Counted from the stretch's first letter, positions 40,712 through 52,599 are shown. The stretch is 64,000 bases of DNA from Octopus sinensis (GCF_006345805.1 NC_043010.1:5580001-5644000), one strand, 5' to 3'. Made by a program: numbers and translations. Notes: generated from the sequence alone by a model not told the origin.

Positions 40712-41364
40712 TACATCAAAAATTCTGGGAAAAGGCTATAGTAGAAGACATTTGCCCAAGGTGCCACACTATGGGACTGAACTCTGGGAGGCAAATTTCT
40801 AACTTCACAGCTATGCTTGCACATGGAATGATATTCCTTAGTACATTTTCCTTGACTCTTAACAACCAAATTAATCCTGTATCTTATATCATTTCTAGAC
40901 AATTCTGTTTAAATAAAGGTAAACAATTTTACCAAATTAATTTGCTGCAAATATTTTAGAGTAATAAGGACATGTTTATTAGTAGCTTATTGATGAATTC
41001 TTTTGTCTGGGGAATCATTAAGTTTTGAGTCCATTGTATGCATGGTACTTTAGACAGGTGACTTCAACCACAACTTCATGATGGCCAAAGACTAAGGAGT
41101 GAAATTTGCAAAATGAAAACTGTGTTGAAGCACATCAGTTTTATATATTATGGTGTCTGTGTGTGCATGAGTGTGTGTATGTGCATGTGTGCGCGTGTGT
41201 GTGTGTGTGGGGGGGGGTTGCTAATGAGAAACATGTCTCTTATGCAATTCAGATTATATGTAATAACTAACTTTTAAACAAAACAATATTTAATTTTCAA
41301 CATTTATTGATCTACAGACTGTTTGTTTTTCCACCATCTCTTTATCTGTTTCTCTCTCTCTCTC

Positions 41365-41795
41365 TCTCTCTTCACTCTCTCTCTCTCTCTCTCTTTGTCT
41401 CTTCTTCTCTCTCTCTATCTCTCTATACATCCCCCTCACACTGTCTTCAGTTCTCTACCTCCTTCTCTTTTGGCTCCTCTTTCTTTCTCTCTTTCTATCT
41501 TCCTCTCTCTCTCTTTACCCTCTGTCTTTGAGGCCCCTCTCATTGCCCACCTCTCTATATATGCCTCTCTCTCTCCCTCCCTCCCTCTCTCTTCACTCTC
41601 TCTCTCTCTCTTTGTCTCTTCTTCTCTCTCTCTATCTCTCTATACATCCCCCTCACACTGTCTTCAGTTCTCTACCTCCTTCTCTTTTGGCTCCTCTTTC
41701 TTTCTCTCTTTCTATCTTCCTCTCTCTCTCTTTACCCTCTGTCTTTGAGGCCCCTCTCATTGCCCACCTCTCTATATATGTCTCTCTCTCTCCCT

Positions 41796-41810
<15 letters not shown>
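41365..41810. repeat. Tandem duplication of a roughly 220-bp CT-rich unit
   Basis: cttcactctc...catccccctcacactgtcttcag...gaggcccctctcattgcccacc occurs twice. Confidence 0.9.
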
Positions 41811-41841
<31 letters not shown>

Positions 41842-42699
41842 GGTATCACTAAAATCACTAAAATCACTAAAATCATTCTACTATTTTCGTCGCAAAATGT
41901 CACCATTTTCAGTATTCAGCATTTAATGTCAGGACTTAAGTTTTTCAATTCATGCATTTATTTTTTGCTCTTCCTGGCTTAAACACACGTAGGATATTTT
42001 GTTCTCTATGTGGTTATCAGGCATGTAATACTGCATAACATCACCAACCATGCATGATCACATTACTGTTATAAATTCCCAGCTGTCACATTGTTTGTTC
42101 AGTGGAGGTATGATTTGTACTTTGAATCAAAATAGATTTCGAAATCTTCCTCCTGTATTGTGTGCCTGTATATTTGGTGAATGGTTTGCCTCTCATATTT
42201 TCTCATGGTCGTTTCCTCTATGCTGAAAATTTGTTTATTTGTAGAAAATATATGTGAGAGGCTCTTGGCTTTAGCTGATGAATTGTTGGTGATCTGATAC
42301 AATAAAAATCTATACAATTCATAGCGTTGGCAAGCTTAATGGAAAATTACAAAAGAATAAAACAGTTACTGTCATGCTTTAAGCCTAATACATTTATGTG
42401 TGAGTGTATATATATATATATATGAGCACCTATGGGTATACAGAGACATACTCATATATATGTGTATTATTTAGATATTTATTGTTCACACACACATACA
42501 TATTATATTATTTATATACCACATATATATATATGTATATAATGTATTATAAATATGTATACATACATATACATATACATATAAATATATATATATATAT
42601 ATAATATATATTATATATATATATCTATATTGTACATATATATGTATATGTATCTGCCTACACACACACGTTTACCCAGGTACAGACATATATATATAT

Positions 42700-42733
<34 letters not shown>

Positions 42734-42914
42734 TGGATAAAATTTTTCAAAAATACTTTTATCAGTTGCCAGCATATTAAAATATCTTTTAATGTGAAAA
42801 TTATGAACAATTATAAATAAGGGCGAAACAAAAAAATTTTCTAAGTCAATATGCTGAAAAATAGACTTTAGATCGTCTAACCTCATACAATATATATATA
42901 TACATGTATATCAT

Positions 42915-43120
42915 CATCAGTATCATCATCGTTTAACGTCTGTTTTCCATGCTAGCATGGGTTGCACGGTTCGACCAGGAGGCTGCACCAGGCTCCAGTC
43001 TGATCTGGCAGTGTTTCTACAGCTGGATGCCCTTCCTAATGCCAACCACTCCGTGAGTGTAGTGGGTGCTTTTTACGTGCCAACGGACACAGGTGCCAGG
43101 GGAGGTTGGCAACGGCCACA
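42915..43120 (-). mobile_element. RTE 3' end fragment
   Basis: atcatcgtttaacgtctgttttccatgctagcatggg...ctggatgcccttcctaatgccaaccactcc. Confidence 0.82.
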
Positions 43121-43773
43121 ATCGGTTGGTGCTAGAGAGAGAGAGAGAGAGGTCCAAGAAAGACAGTTCTGAAATCTTTAGCTGAACACCCAGCTCAGGT
43201 CTTTTATTGTGATCAAGTGTTTGTGCTGCACATTAGCTCACCTCACCCCCCCCCCTTTAAATTGACGATACTTGCACAGGTGCACGGTGGGCAACATGTC
43301 AATGTGATGTGAGATAAAATGTTTTCGTCAAGAATATAATGCACCTCCTGGTCCAGAAATTGAACCCACAATCTCACGATTGTGAATACAACACACTAGG
43401 CCACATGCCCTTACACACGTGCACTCATATATTTCAATGCAGAGTAGATGAAACAGGGACAACTGAAGAAGGGGAATATTCTTCATGTTGCATGTCTCGT
43501 TTCTCTGTTTTTTTCGTTGTTCGAAAAAAGTTCGTTTCTATGTTTTTTGTTTTTTTGTTTTCATTTCTCATTGTGTTCAACATCTTTTTGATGTCCTGTA
43601 CCCATATATGCATGTATATATACATATGTATGTAAATATATGTTTGTATATATACATATAATTATATATTATTTATACTATATATATATATATATTCATA
43701 TATATATATGTATATATATACATACATAAATGTTTGTATGTGTGTGTGCATATAATTTATATATATGTTTATG

Positions 43774-43814
<41 letters not shown>

Positions 43815-44118
43815 TATATATATATATATGTACATATATGTCAATTCAAATATGTTTCCTTTGTATCCGTATTTATGATAGTATGACTTAGATAAATACA
43901 TATTATTGAGGTATTGTATTTCAGTCAAATGCCTTTCCTGTTACTAACCCTTATTGCTTTACAAGTAAAGAAAATTTTATTCCATTTGCCCTTGAAGGTG
44001 CAAAGCTAATGGATGATTTATTGACAGGTAAATGTCAAAATATATCATCGTCCATAACAAAGCTTCACACAGAATGTAAACACTTACACAGACACACACA
44101 TACATACACCTGCACACA

Positions 44119-44344
44119 CTCTTTAACTCTTTTACTCTTTTACTTGTTTCAGTCATTTGACTGCGGCCATGCTGGAGCACCACCTTTAATCGAGCAACTC
44201 GACCCCGGGACTTATTCTTTTGTAAGCCCAGTACTTATTCTATCGGTATCTTTTGCCGAACCGCTAAGTGACGTGGACATAAACACACCAGCATCAGTTG
44301 TTAAGCAATGCTAGGGGACAAACACAGACACACAAACACACACA

Positions 44345-44387
<43 letters not shown>

Positions 44388-44544
44388 GTACGATGGGCTT
44401 CTTTCAGTTTCCGTCTACCAAATCCACTCACAAGGCTTTGATCGGCCTGAGGCTATAGTAGAAGACACTTACCCAAGGTGCCACGCAGTGGGACTGAACC
44501 CGGAACCATGCAGTTGGTAGACAAGCTACTTACCACACAGCCAC
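44119..44544 (-). mobile_element. SINE family A, full length
   Basis: Reverse complement of the family consensus. Confidence 0.92.
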
Positions 44545-44814
44545 ATATATGTGCACATACACACACACACTCAAAATGGGCTTTGTATGATTTTCTCTAA
44601 GAAATTCACTCACAAAACATTCATTGGTTAGCCTGCAGCTACAAATGAAGACATATACCCATGGTGCTACTCAGTCAGACTGAACTCACGACTATATACT
44701 GGTGAAGTGACCTTCTCAACCACAATGCCATACCTACATATAAATATATATATACACACACACATATATACATACCTACATACTTATATATCTATACATG
44801 CCTATATCTCTATA

Positions 44815-45200
44815 GGCGCAGGAGTGGCTGTGTGGTAAGTAGCTTGCTTACCAACCACACAGTTCCGGGTTCAGTCCCACTGCATGGCACCTTGGGCAAG
44901 TGTCTTCTACTATAGCCTCGGGCCGACCAAAGCCTTGTGAGTTGATCTGGTAGACGAACTGAAAGAAGCCCGTCATATATATATATATATGTATATATGT
45001 ATTTGTGTGTTTGTGTGTCTGTGTTTGTCTCCCCAACATCGCTTGACAACCGATGCTGGTGTGTTTACGTCCCCGTTACTTAGCGGTTCGGCGAAAGAGA
45101 CCAATAGGATAAGTACTGGGGTTGATTTGCTCGACTAAAAGGCGGTGCTCCAGCATGGCCGCAGTCAAATGACTGAAACAAGTAAAAGAGAAAGAGAGAG
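44815..45200 (+). mobile_element. SINE family A, full length
   Basis: Family consensus; head-to-head with 44119-44544. Confidence 0.92.
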
Positions 45201-45329
45201 AATACATACACACACATATATATATTCATCTGCAGCGTTGAGCAATGATCACAAAAAGGGAAAAAAAAAAACATGGGAAGAACAAGCTTTAACAAAATTT
45301 GAATTCTCTTTAATGCTTAAGAGAAGGAA

Positions 45330-45372
45330 AAGAATTTTCAACATTTTGGACACATGTCCTTCATCAGAAAAT
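45330..45372 (-). ncRNA. Decayed hammerhead motif downstream of the Penelope ORF
   Basis: Minus strand ATTTT-CTGATGA-A-GGAC-ATGT-GTCC-AAAATGTTGAAAAT; expected GAAACG reads AAAATG. Confidence 0.5.
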
Positions 45373-45810
45373 ATTAAAGAATGAGAAAAAAAAATGGTAG
45401 GAAAAAATAAATAAATTAGAAAATGCAGTAGGTAAAAAAAGGGTTAGGGGCCAGATGGGTATGCAGTTCTATAAGTGGGTGATAGGAAGCAAGGAGAAGT
45501 CAAGACAGTGTGTGTATGTATGGAGAGGAGTATAGCAGGAAGTGTGTGTGTGTGTGTGGTGTGTTCTGCATGTGATTTCTTACTGTGAATGTGGGTAGTG
45601 TAGTGACAGGGATAGCAAGTACATGGGAAGATGGTGTGTAGGTGAAATTGTATTGTATGTGAGCGGAGCAGGATATGGAGGAGAGCAGTATATGGCAGTC
45701 ACAATAGTGAAAGGAAAGAATGATGAAAAATCTGTATAAATATTGAAAAGATACAATCTCTAGACAAGAAATAAGAAAAACGTAAAGAAAGAAAAAATAC
45801 GATGAATAAT

Positions 45811-46058
45811 AGTGGCTGTGTGGTAAGTAGCTTGCTTACTAATCACATGGTTCCGGGTTCAGTCCCACTGCATGGCACCTTGGGCAAGTGTCTTCTACTA
45901 TAGCCTCGGGCTGATGAAAGCCTTGTGAATGGATTTGGTAGATGGAAACTGAAAGAAGCCCATCGTATATATGTATATATATGTGTGTGTGTGTGTGTGT
46001 ATGTTTATTCCCCCAACATCGCTTGACAACCGATGCTGGTGTGTTTATGTCCTTGTAA
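45811..46058 (+). mobile_element. SINE family A inserted in the Penelope 3' region
   Basis: Family head and middle, truncated tail. Confidence 0.85.
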
Positions 46059-46329
46059 TATATATATATATATATGAAGATTACTTAATACAGTTTTTGA
46101 AGTGTAAAGGCGATTTTTAAAAAATTAAATCTTTTATGAAGATGTTACTAATCTTTTGGGGGGAAGAAGTCTTTTTCTAGTGTGTAAGCTCTTTCATTAA
46201 ACTTTTTCAAACACAAGTGCTCTTAAAGAGGAAATTGTTATTTTTATGGTAGTGGTAGTATTATTTCCGGTTTATTTTCGGACTTTTGGCTTTAGTCATA
46301 AATATTCTTTTACCCTTGTTTATTATATG

Positions 46330-47015
46330 GAGTGTTGGCTATTTTTGGTTTAATTTTGGTTTTAGAATTCTTATTAAGTATTCTTCTTTTGCCTTTCGTA
46401 GATGTATATTTTCATAATATATTTTGTAAAATGAGAATATTTTAAATTTTCCATTTGCACAGATATCCAGATGTTCACTGCATAGGACATTCCTAAGAGA
46501 TGAATTCCTAATTTGCTGTTTATGCATATTTACATGGCTGGTCAGTTTCCTTCCTGCCTCCCCAATCTAGTTTTCATTGCACTGTGGGCATGTGATGCAG
46601 TAGATGAGGTTTTTCGTTTTGCAATTCATGTTTGCATTCACTTTTAATTTTCCATTCCTGAATCGTTTAGTTGTTCCTTGCTCAATTAATTTGCCTGTCC
46701 CACAATGGGTGTCTTCACAGTTGGTTTAATTGCATCGTTTCTTCTTCAAACGTGAATCTCACCTTCGTTAGGAGTCCCTTGAGGTTAGGTGGTTGTCTTC
46801 GACTGTTGATAATTTGTGAATTTTTAATTATTCATTGGAGATTTGGTGATTGATGTAGAACTGGGAGGTATCGTTTGGCTGAGTGCAGGATGTTGTTTCT
46901 AGGATTGTGGGTGACTACAAATGGTATATTAGTATTTGTATTTATTTGTATTTGTATTTATTTTCACACCTAGCCTGAGTGATTCTCCATAAGGTAGAGA
47001 TCAGGATTTCCTTTG
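46330..47015 (-). pseudogene. Penelope-like element ORF 3' end (post-RT linker and GIY-YIG endonuclease), decayed
   Basis: NIPFVVTHNPRNN...RRQPPNLKGLLTK...CKTKNLIYCITCPQCNEN*IGEAGRKLTSHVNMHKQQIR...CSEHLDIC...RKAKEEYLIRILKPKLN; the YIG tyrosine is mutated to TAG. Confidence 0.88.
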
Positions 47016-48140
47016 CTTTTATATATGTATGTGTTTCCATGTGCCTTTGTTTTGACATCATGTGATTGATATAAACAAGCATCATCATCATGAAAGTGAT
47101 GCTGCTTGTATCCAGTCTTCTGTGGAAGACATCACTGAAAATACAAATTCCATCTGACCAATGCAAGCATAAAGAATTGATGCTAAACAATGATGATGAA
47201 GATATCTATCTGTCTGTCTAATTGTCTGTTTGTGCAGCTTCCTAGCTTGGTAGCCAATATGATAGATAGATAGACAGATAGACAGAGAGATAAATAGATG
47301 ATAGACACAGAGAGAGATGTATGTGCACATGATATGACAGTGTTGTTGCGGTTGTTGTTGTTGGTAGTGGTGGTGGTGACAATGACAATGATGACAGCTA
47401 CACAACTTCCAGCGGATTTTTTTTTTTAGTAAGCACACAACTCTAATATTTATCATATATTTGGAAATCATTCTTAGAACTGATGACAAAAAGTCTTTTA
47501 AATGCTTTCCGTAATTAAAATAAATAATTCATTATATATACTGCAATATATAATTGCTTTCAATAATTTAGTTACTCGTCATGTAAGTTTCATCACGTTT
47601 TGTCTTGCTTTTGGTTTTTGGCTGAATTCATTACACCTTCTTTCATGTATTAAATCTTTATTACACAGGCCGCAGAGATTAAGAATTAAAATGCTTAAGA
47701 AGCAGTCCATAGTTTATTCTAGAATAGTCTGTCTCCATTTTTGCACATCGAAATTAATGGCAAATCTTCAAATAAATTATATTAATGCTTTACTTACATC
47801 AAAGCTTTACTGCGATTTTCTGTTATCTCTTCTTTTTTCTTATCTCTTATTAGTTCATTCATTGTGTCTTATAATATGTAAGTGCAACTAAAATATGTTC
47901 TATCATATTTTACTGTACAATTTATGCAATTGTCTATAAAACGTGTCCTGACTGAGAGCATACAAATCAACTCAAATTAGACTCAGTCAAACTTCACACA
48001 GTACCAAATTTCAATGTTTTATTCATAATATTGGAATGGGTATACACACACACACACAAACACAACACATGTATACATTTATTATACATACATAGATAGA
48101 TAAATGCATATCTAGATATATGTATGTATTATATGTATAC

Positions 48141-48345
48141 TCTTTACTCATTTACTCTTTTACTTGTTTCGGTCATTTGACTGTGGCCATGCTGGAGCAC
48201 TGCCTTTAGTCAAGCAAATCGATCCCAGGACTTATTCTTTGTAAGCATCGGTCACTGTTGCCGAACTGCTAAGTTACGGTGATTCAAACACACCACCATC
48301 GGTTGTCAAACGATGTGGTGGGGGGACAAACACAGACACAGAAAC
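48141..48345 (-). mobile_element. SINE family A, 3' half
   Basis: Tail consensus on the minus strand. Confidence 0.85.
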
Positions 48346-48424
48346 ATATATATATATGTGCATGTAACCATCTTGAGAGTCTTTCAGAAATTCTCTTAAT
48401 GATCTTCTCATATATATATATATA

Positions 48425-48800
48425 TCATCATCATCATCGTTTAACGTCCGTTTGCTATGCTAACATGAGTTGGACAGTTTGATTGGGGTCTGGGAATCCA
48501 GAAGGCTGCTCTAGGCTCCAGTCTGATCTGGCAGTGTTTCTACAGCTGGATACCCTTCCTAATGCCAGCCACTCTGTGAGTGTAGCAGGTGCATTTTACG
48601 TGCCACCGGTACATGGGCCAGAGGAGGCTGGCAATGGGCACAACCAGTTGGTGCTTTTTACATGTCACCAGCATGGAAGCTAGTCAAGGCAGCACTGGCT
48701 TCGGCCACGTTCGGATGGTGCTTTTTACATGCCACCAGCATGGGTGTCACAAGTACAATTTCCATTTGATTTTCATTTTGATGTTGATGTACTTGACTCA
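48425..48800 (-). mobile_element. RTE 3' end fragment
   Basis: Same (GAT)n terminus and 3' UTR as 28670-29311. Confidence 0.82.
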
Positions 48801-49209
48801 GTAGGTCTTCATATATATATATATATATATATCACCGTGATCCCCGTGACCGACCAGGCTATCAGATGTTGCTACACATCGCTGGTCACAATGTGCTTTG
48901 CATTGTTTTAGCCTTCAAATGACGCCACCTCGCTGGCTAAGCAAGCAGGCCAATATATATATATATTCTAATTTTGGCAATATCAAACTCTCTCCTTCAC
49001 CAAAAGCCAATCACATAAAATTGGCCGTTGAAAAGGTGATTACACTGGTGGTGCCCTAACATAGCCACAGCCTTTGGATTGAAACATATAAAAGAATAAA
49101 AAAATAAAAGAATAAAAGGTGCCACACAGTAGGACTGAACCCAGAACCAAGTGGTTAGGAAGCAAGCTTCTTACCACACAGCATGCATATATGCAATCTA
49201 TGGATTTCT

Positions 49210-49597
49210 GGAAGCACTCCATCGGTTACGACAATGAGGGTTCCAGTTGATCCGAATCAATGGAACAGCCTGCTCGTGAAATTAACGTGTAAGTGGCTGA
49301 GCACTCCACAGACACGTGTACCCTTAACGTAGTTCTCGGGGATATTCAGCGTGACACAGAGAGTGACAAGGCCGGCCCTTTGAAATACAGGTACAACAGA
49401 AACAGGAAGTAAGAGTGAGAGAAAGTTGTAGTGAAAGAGTACAGCAGGGATCACCACCATCCCCTGCCGGAGCCTCGTGGAGCTTTTTTTTTAGGTGTTT
49501 TCGCTCAATAAACACTCACAACGCCCGGTCTGGGAATCGAAACTGCGATCCTATGACCGCGAGTCCGCTGCCCTAACCACTGGGCCATTGCGCCTCC
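49210..49597 (-). mobile_element. SINE family B, full length, well preserved
   Basis: Minus head ggaggcgcaatggcccagtggttagggcagcggactcgcggtc...ggtttcgattccc (A and B boxes), CpG-rich body. Confidence 0.9.
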
Positions 49598-49944
49598 ATT
49601 ATGGATTTAAATGGAATCATTAGACAGCAATTAAAGCTTTACTTCAAATTTCTGTCTACCAATCACGGCACTTCTGAAAGAAGCGAATCTGAAGCAGGTT
49701 AAAGAGAATATAGAATAACACATTACGAGACTAAGAAAATGTTGCTCCTTTATAGAATTCGCTCAGACATGTAAGTTCGTATGACTTGGAAATATTAATG
49801 ATATGATCTTAGAAAGATTAATTTACAACCTTCCAATTTACAAATTAGGAAAACATTAAAGACATTTGAGAAACTGAATTAAATTATATACAAATTACAT
49901 ATATAAAGTTTGAGATAATTTGCTTTCCACTTCTGCATTCGTAC

Positions 49945-50095
49945 ATTCATACATGCCTCCTCCTCCTCTTCTTCTTTTTCTTCTTCTTCATCATCATCAT
50001 CATTATCCCCCTCTGCCTCCCCCTCTGCCTCCTCCTCTGCCTCCTTCTCTGCCTCCTTCCCTTTCTCATGTTCCTCTTCCTCCTCTTCCTCTCTG

Positions 50096-50126
<31 letters not shown>

Positions 50127-50275
50127 TACCAACATCACTGTCATCACAGTCATCACCATTATTATCATTGTCAAATTCGTCGTCCTCCTCCTCCTCGTCT
50201 TCATCGTCGTCATCATCATCATCATCATCATCAATCATCATCATCATCCTTTTTGTCATCATCACCGCCATGCCA
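49945..50275. repeat. Mixed (TCC/TCA/TCT/GTC)n trinucleotide block
   Basis: Low-complexity tract producing acidic, poly-H and poly-M pseudo-ORFs. Confidence 0.9.
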
Positions 50276-50292
50276 CCATCAATTGCTGGTTC

Positions 50293-50570
50293 ATCCAAGA
50301 ATTGTTATTGTAACCATGTCACCAGCTTCAAGAAAATCAATATGAGACATTCAACATCTTTGACCAATTTTCTGTGGCGACTTAAGGAAGATAAAATTAA
50401 ATATAACATAACTTGGTCCATAGTTAGACAAGCAAAGCCATGTCTTTTCCAAGAGATGCTAGCTCTGCTCTGAGGAATCCTTGTCTATTCTGTGGACCCT
50501 TGAGAAGATCCTTAAGAAAATTTCTGAAAGACTCTCAAGATGGTTACATGCACATAAATACACTTTAACA
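50293..50570 (+). pseudogene. Second Penelope-like family, GIY-YIG C-terminal fragment
   Basis: CYCNHVTSFKKINMRHSTSLTNFLWRLKEDKIKYNITWSIVRQAKP then LCSEESLSIL...KISERLSRWLHAHKY resembles RY.NH..SF...TELSKYIW.LK...Y.I.W.I...C.LCLEEK..IL...KRSE..S.C.H; a 58-bp piece of the same family lies at 48355-48412 (-). Confidence 0.75.
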
Positions 50571-50940
50571 CAATGCAGTAGGAATGAATTTGAGTAAATG
50601 TTAGCATAATCCACCTTAAGGTATAGATGAATTAAATTTAGCTTTAACCTCTCCATTGTTTGCACATGTGAATTTTCTGCACAGGGTTTTAGCATAAGTA
50701 CCACTATGTCAGGTTTCGTTTTTACATTGTGTCAGTTTCACAAGTATTTATTCTAAGACAAGCTAGTTCAGACGTAGAATTGCAATACGTATGCAATGAC
50801 ATTTATGGACCAGAGCAGTTAAAGTATTCATGGGTCATTACATTTCAGTTAGCTTAAGTAACATGCCAGAACATTTTTAGTATCAAAAAATTCTCATAAA
50901 TGTTGCATCAGTTGCGATGGAATTGCCCATATATATATAT

Positions 50941-51219
50941 AACAATTGCAGTGTGGAAGGTGTTTGTAAGCCATTTAAGAAACACACAAAAGCCGTTCGA
51001 TTCACTTCAACATTTAAGTTTAATTTGTCAAAATATTTTCGTTGCTTTAAGACCGTGACCTGTTCACTGAGATGCAGTACGGATTTTTGTCAGTGAAGAG
51101 GTCGCGGTCTTAAAGCGACGAAAATATTTTGACAAATTAAACTTAAATGTTGAAGTGAATCGAATGGCTTTTGTGTGTTTCTTAAATGGCTTACAAACAC
51201 CTTCCACACTGCAATTGTT
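50941..51219. repeat. Foldback, 130-bp arms, 19-nt spacer, hammerhead-like centre
   Basis: Arms 50941-51070 and 51090-51219, 4 mismatches; unique tail to about 51268; (TA)n on both sides. Confidence 0.96.
51086..51136 (+). ncRNA. Hammerhead-like fold with G at position 3 (variant core)
   Basis: TTTGTCA-GTGAAGA-G-GTCGC(GGTCTTAAA)GCGAC-GAAA-ATAT-T-TTGACAAA; the mirror copy on the minus strand has core GTGAACA. Confidence 0.55.
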
Positions 51220-51401
51220 TTCATTTCAGCACACGATCTCAGATCAAATCACTTGCTATGCAAGTACATCTATATATATATATATTTAAATAATGAGGGA
51301 GATAAATTAATATTAATTTTAATATCAATTTAAAACCAGTAGTCTAGCATACAAAAAATTGAAAAATCATAGAAAATTCTAATACAAATTCTAATATATA
51401 T

Positions 51402-51473
<72 letters not shown>

Positions 51474-51590
51474 GATATGTGAAATATACCATAATTTACC
51501 ATGTGCACGAGTTCCATTAACATTGAGATAGCAGAACACAAGAACACTGGGGTGGCCTAATACTTTTTGCCAAGGCTGTGTATACACACA

Positions 51591-51627
<37 letters not shown>

Positions 51628-52568
51628 CATCATCATCATCGTCATCATCATTGTCATCACTATCATAATCCTTATCACCACCAATTTTTACCACATTACC
51701 ATCACCATCCCCATCACCATCCCCATCACACCATTATATGTTTGCTATGTATGAATTATACATAAAGCTGTGTGTGCATATGCATGTTTGCATATTTGTC
51801 TGTTTGCAATTGCACCCTCCAAATATTGCAAAGTTACATGCAGTGACGTTGTCACTTCTGTCAACAAAATGTCAGCTGGCTTTGTGTCTTCAAATGCTTG
51901 TGAAACAAGATTCCCTCCGTAAAAATTTTTACAGGCTTCTAACTGTAAAATAATGCATCAACAACACATTCATCTAACCAATGTTAGCAGAGTGAAAAAG
52001 AAAATTGTAAAAAATGAACAAATATACTTGGTAGAATTGCTTTGAACAGGTGAGTTCTGTGTTTTATTTCCTTCTTAATTGATCAAAGACTTTCATTATT
52101 TCATGTTCTTATTTTATACTGTTACAAACACAATTAGACTTTGTTATATCACACTTTTTGATTTGTGTTTTTATAAATTTCCCCATAAATTCCCCTTGCA
52201 GACTAAACAGAAATTGATAAACAGAAAAATAGAGACAGACATGTAGATAAAAAAAAGGGAGAGGCTGAGTGCGAGAGAGACTTGTTGAGAGAGGGAGAGA
52301 GACAGACAGAGACAAAGAGACAGAGAGAGACAGAGAGGTTGAGTGAGAGAGAAAGACTCATTGAGAGAGGGAGAGAGACAGACAGAGACAAAGAAACAGA
52401 GAGAGGCAGAGAGGTTGAGTGAGAGAGAGACTCAGTGAAAGAAGGAGAGAGACAGACAGAGACAAAGCGATAGAGAAAGACAGAGAGAGATAGAGACAGT
52501 GAGAGAGAGAGAACAAGAGAGAGAGAGAGAACGAGAGAGAATGAGAGAGAATGAGAGAGAGAGAGAAC

Positions 52569-52599
<31 letters not shown>

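Noticed and set aside
42110-42290. Candidate minus exon ITNNSSAKAK...EEDFEIYFDSK
   Set aside because: Single open frame and a fair acceptor, but a weak donor and no recognisable family.
49879-50345. Acidic 139-aa and His/Pro-rich 141-aa ORFs
   Set aside because: Trinucleotide low-complexity block open in several frames on both strands; no domain.
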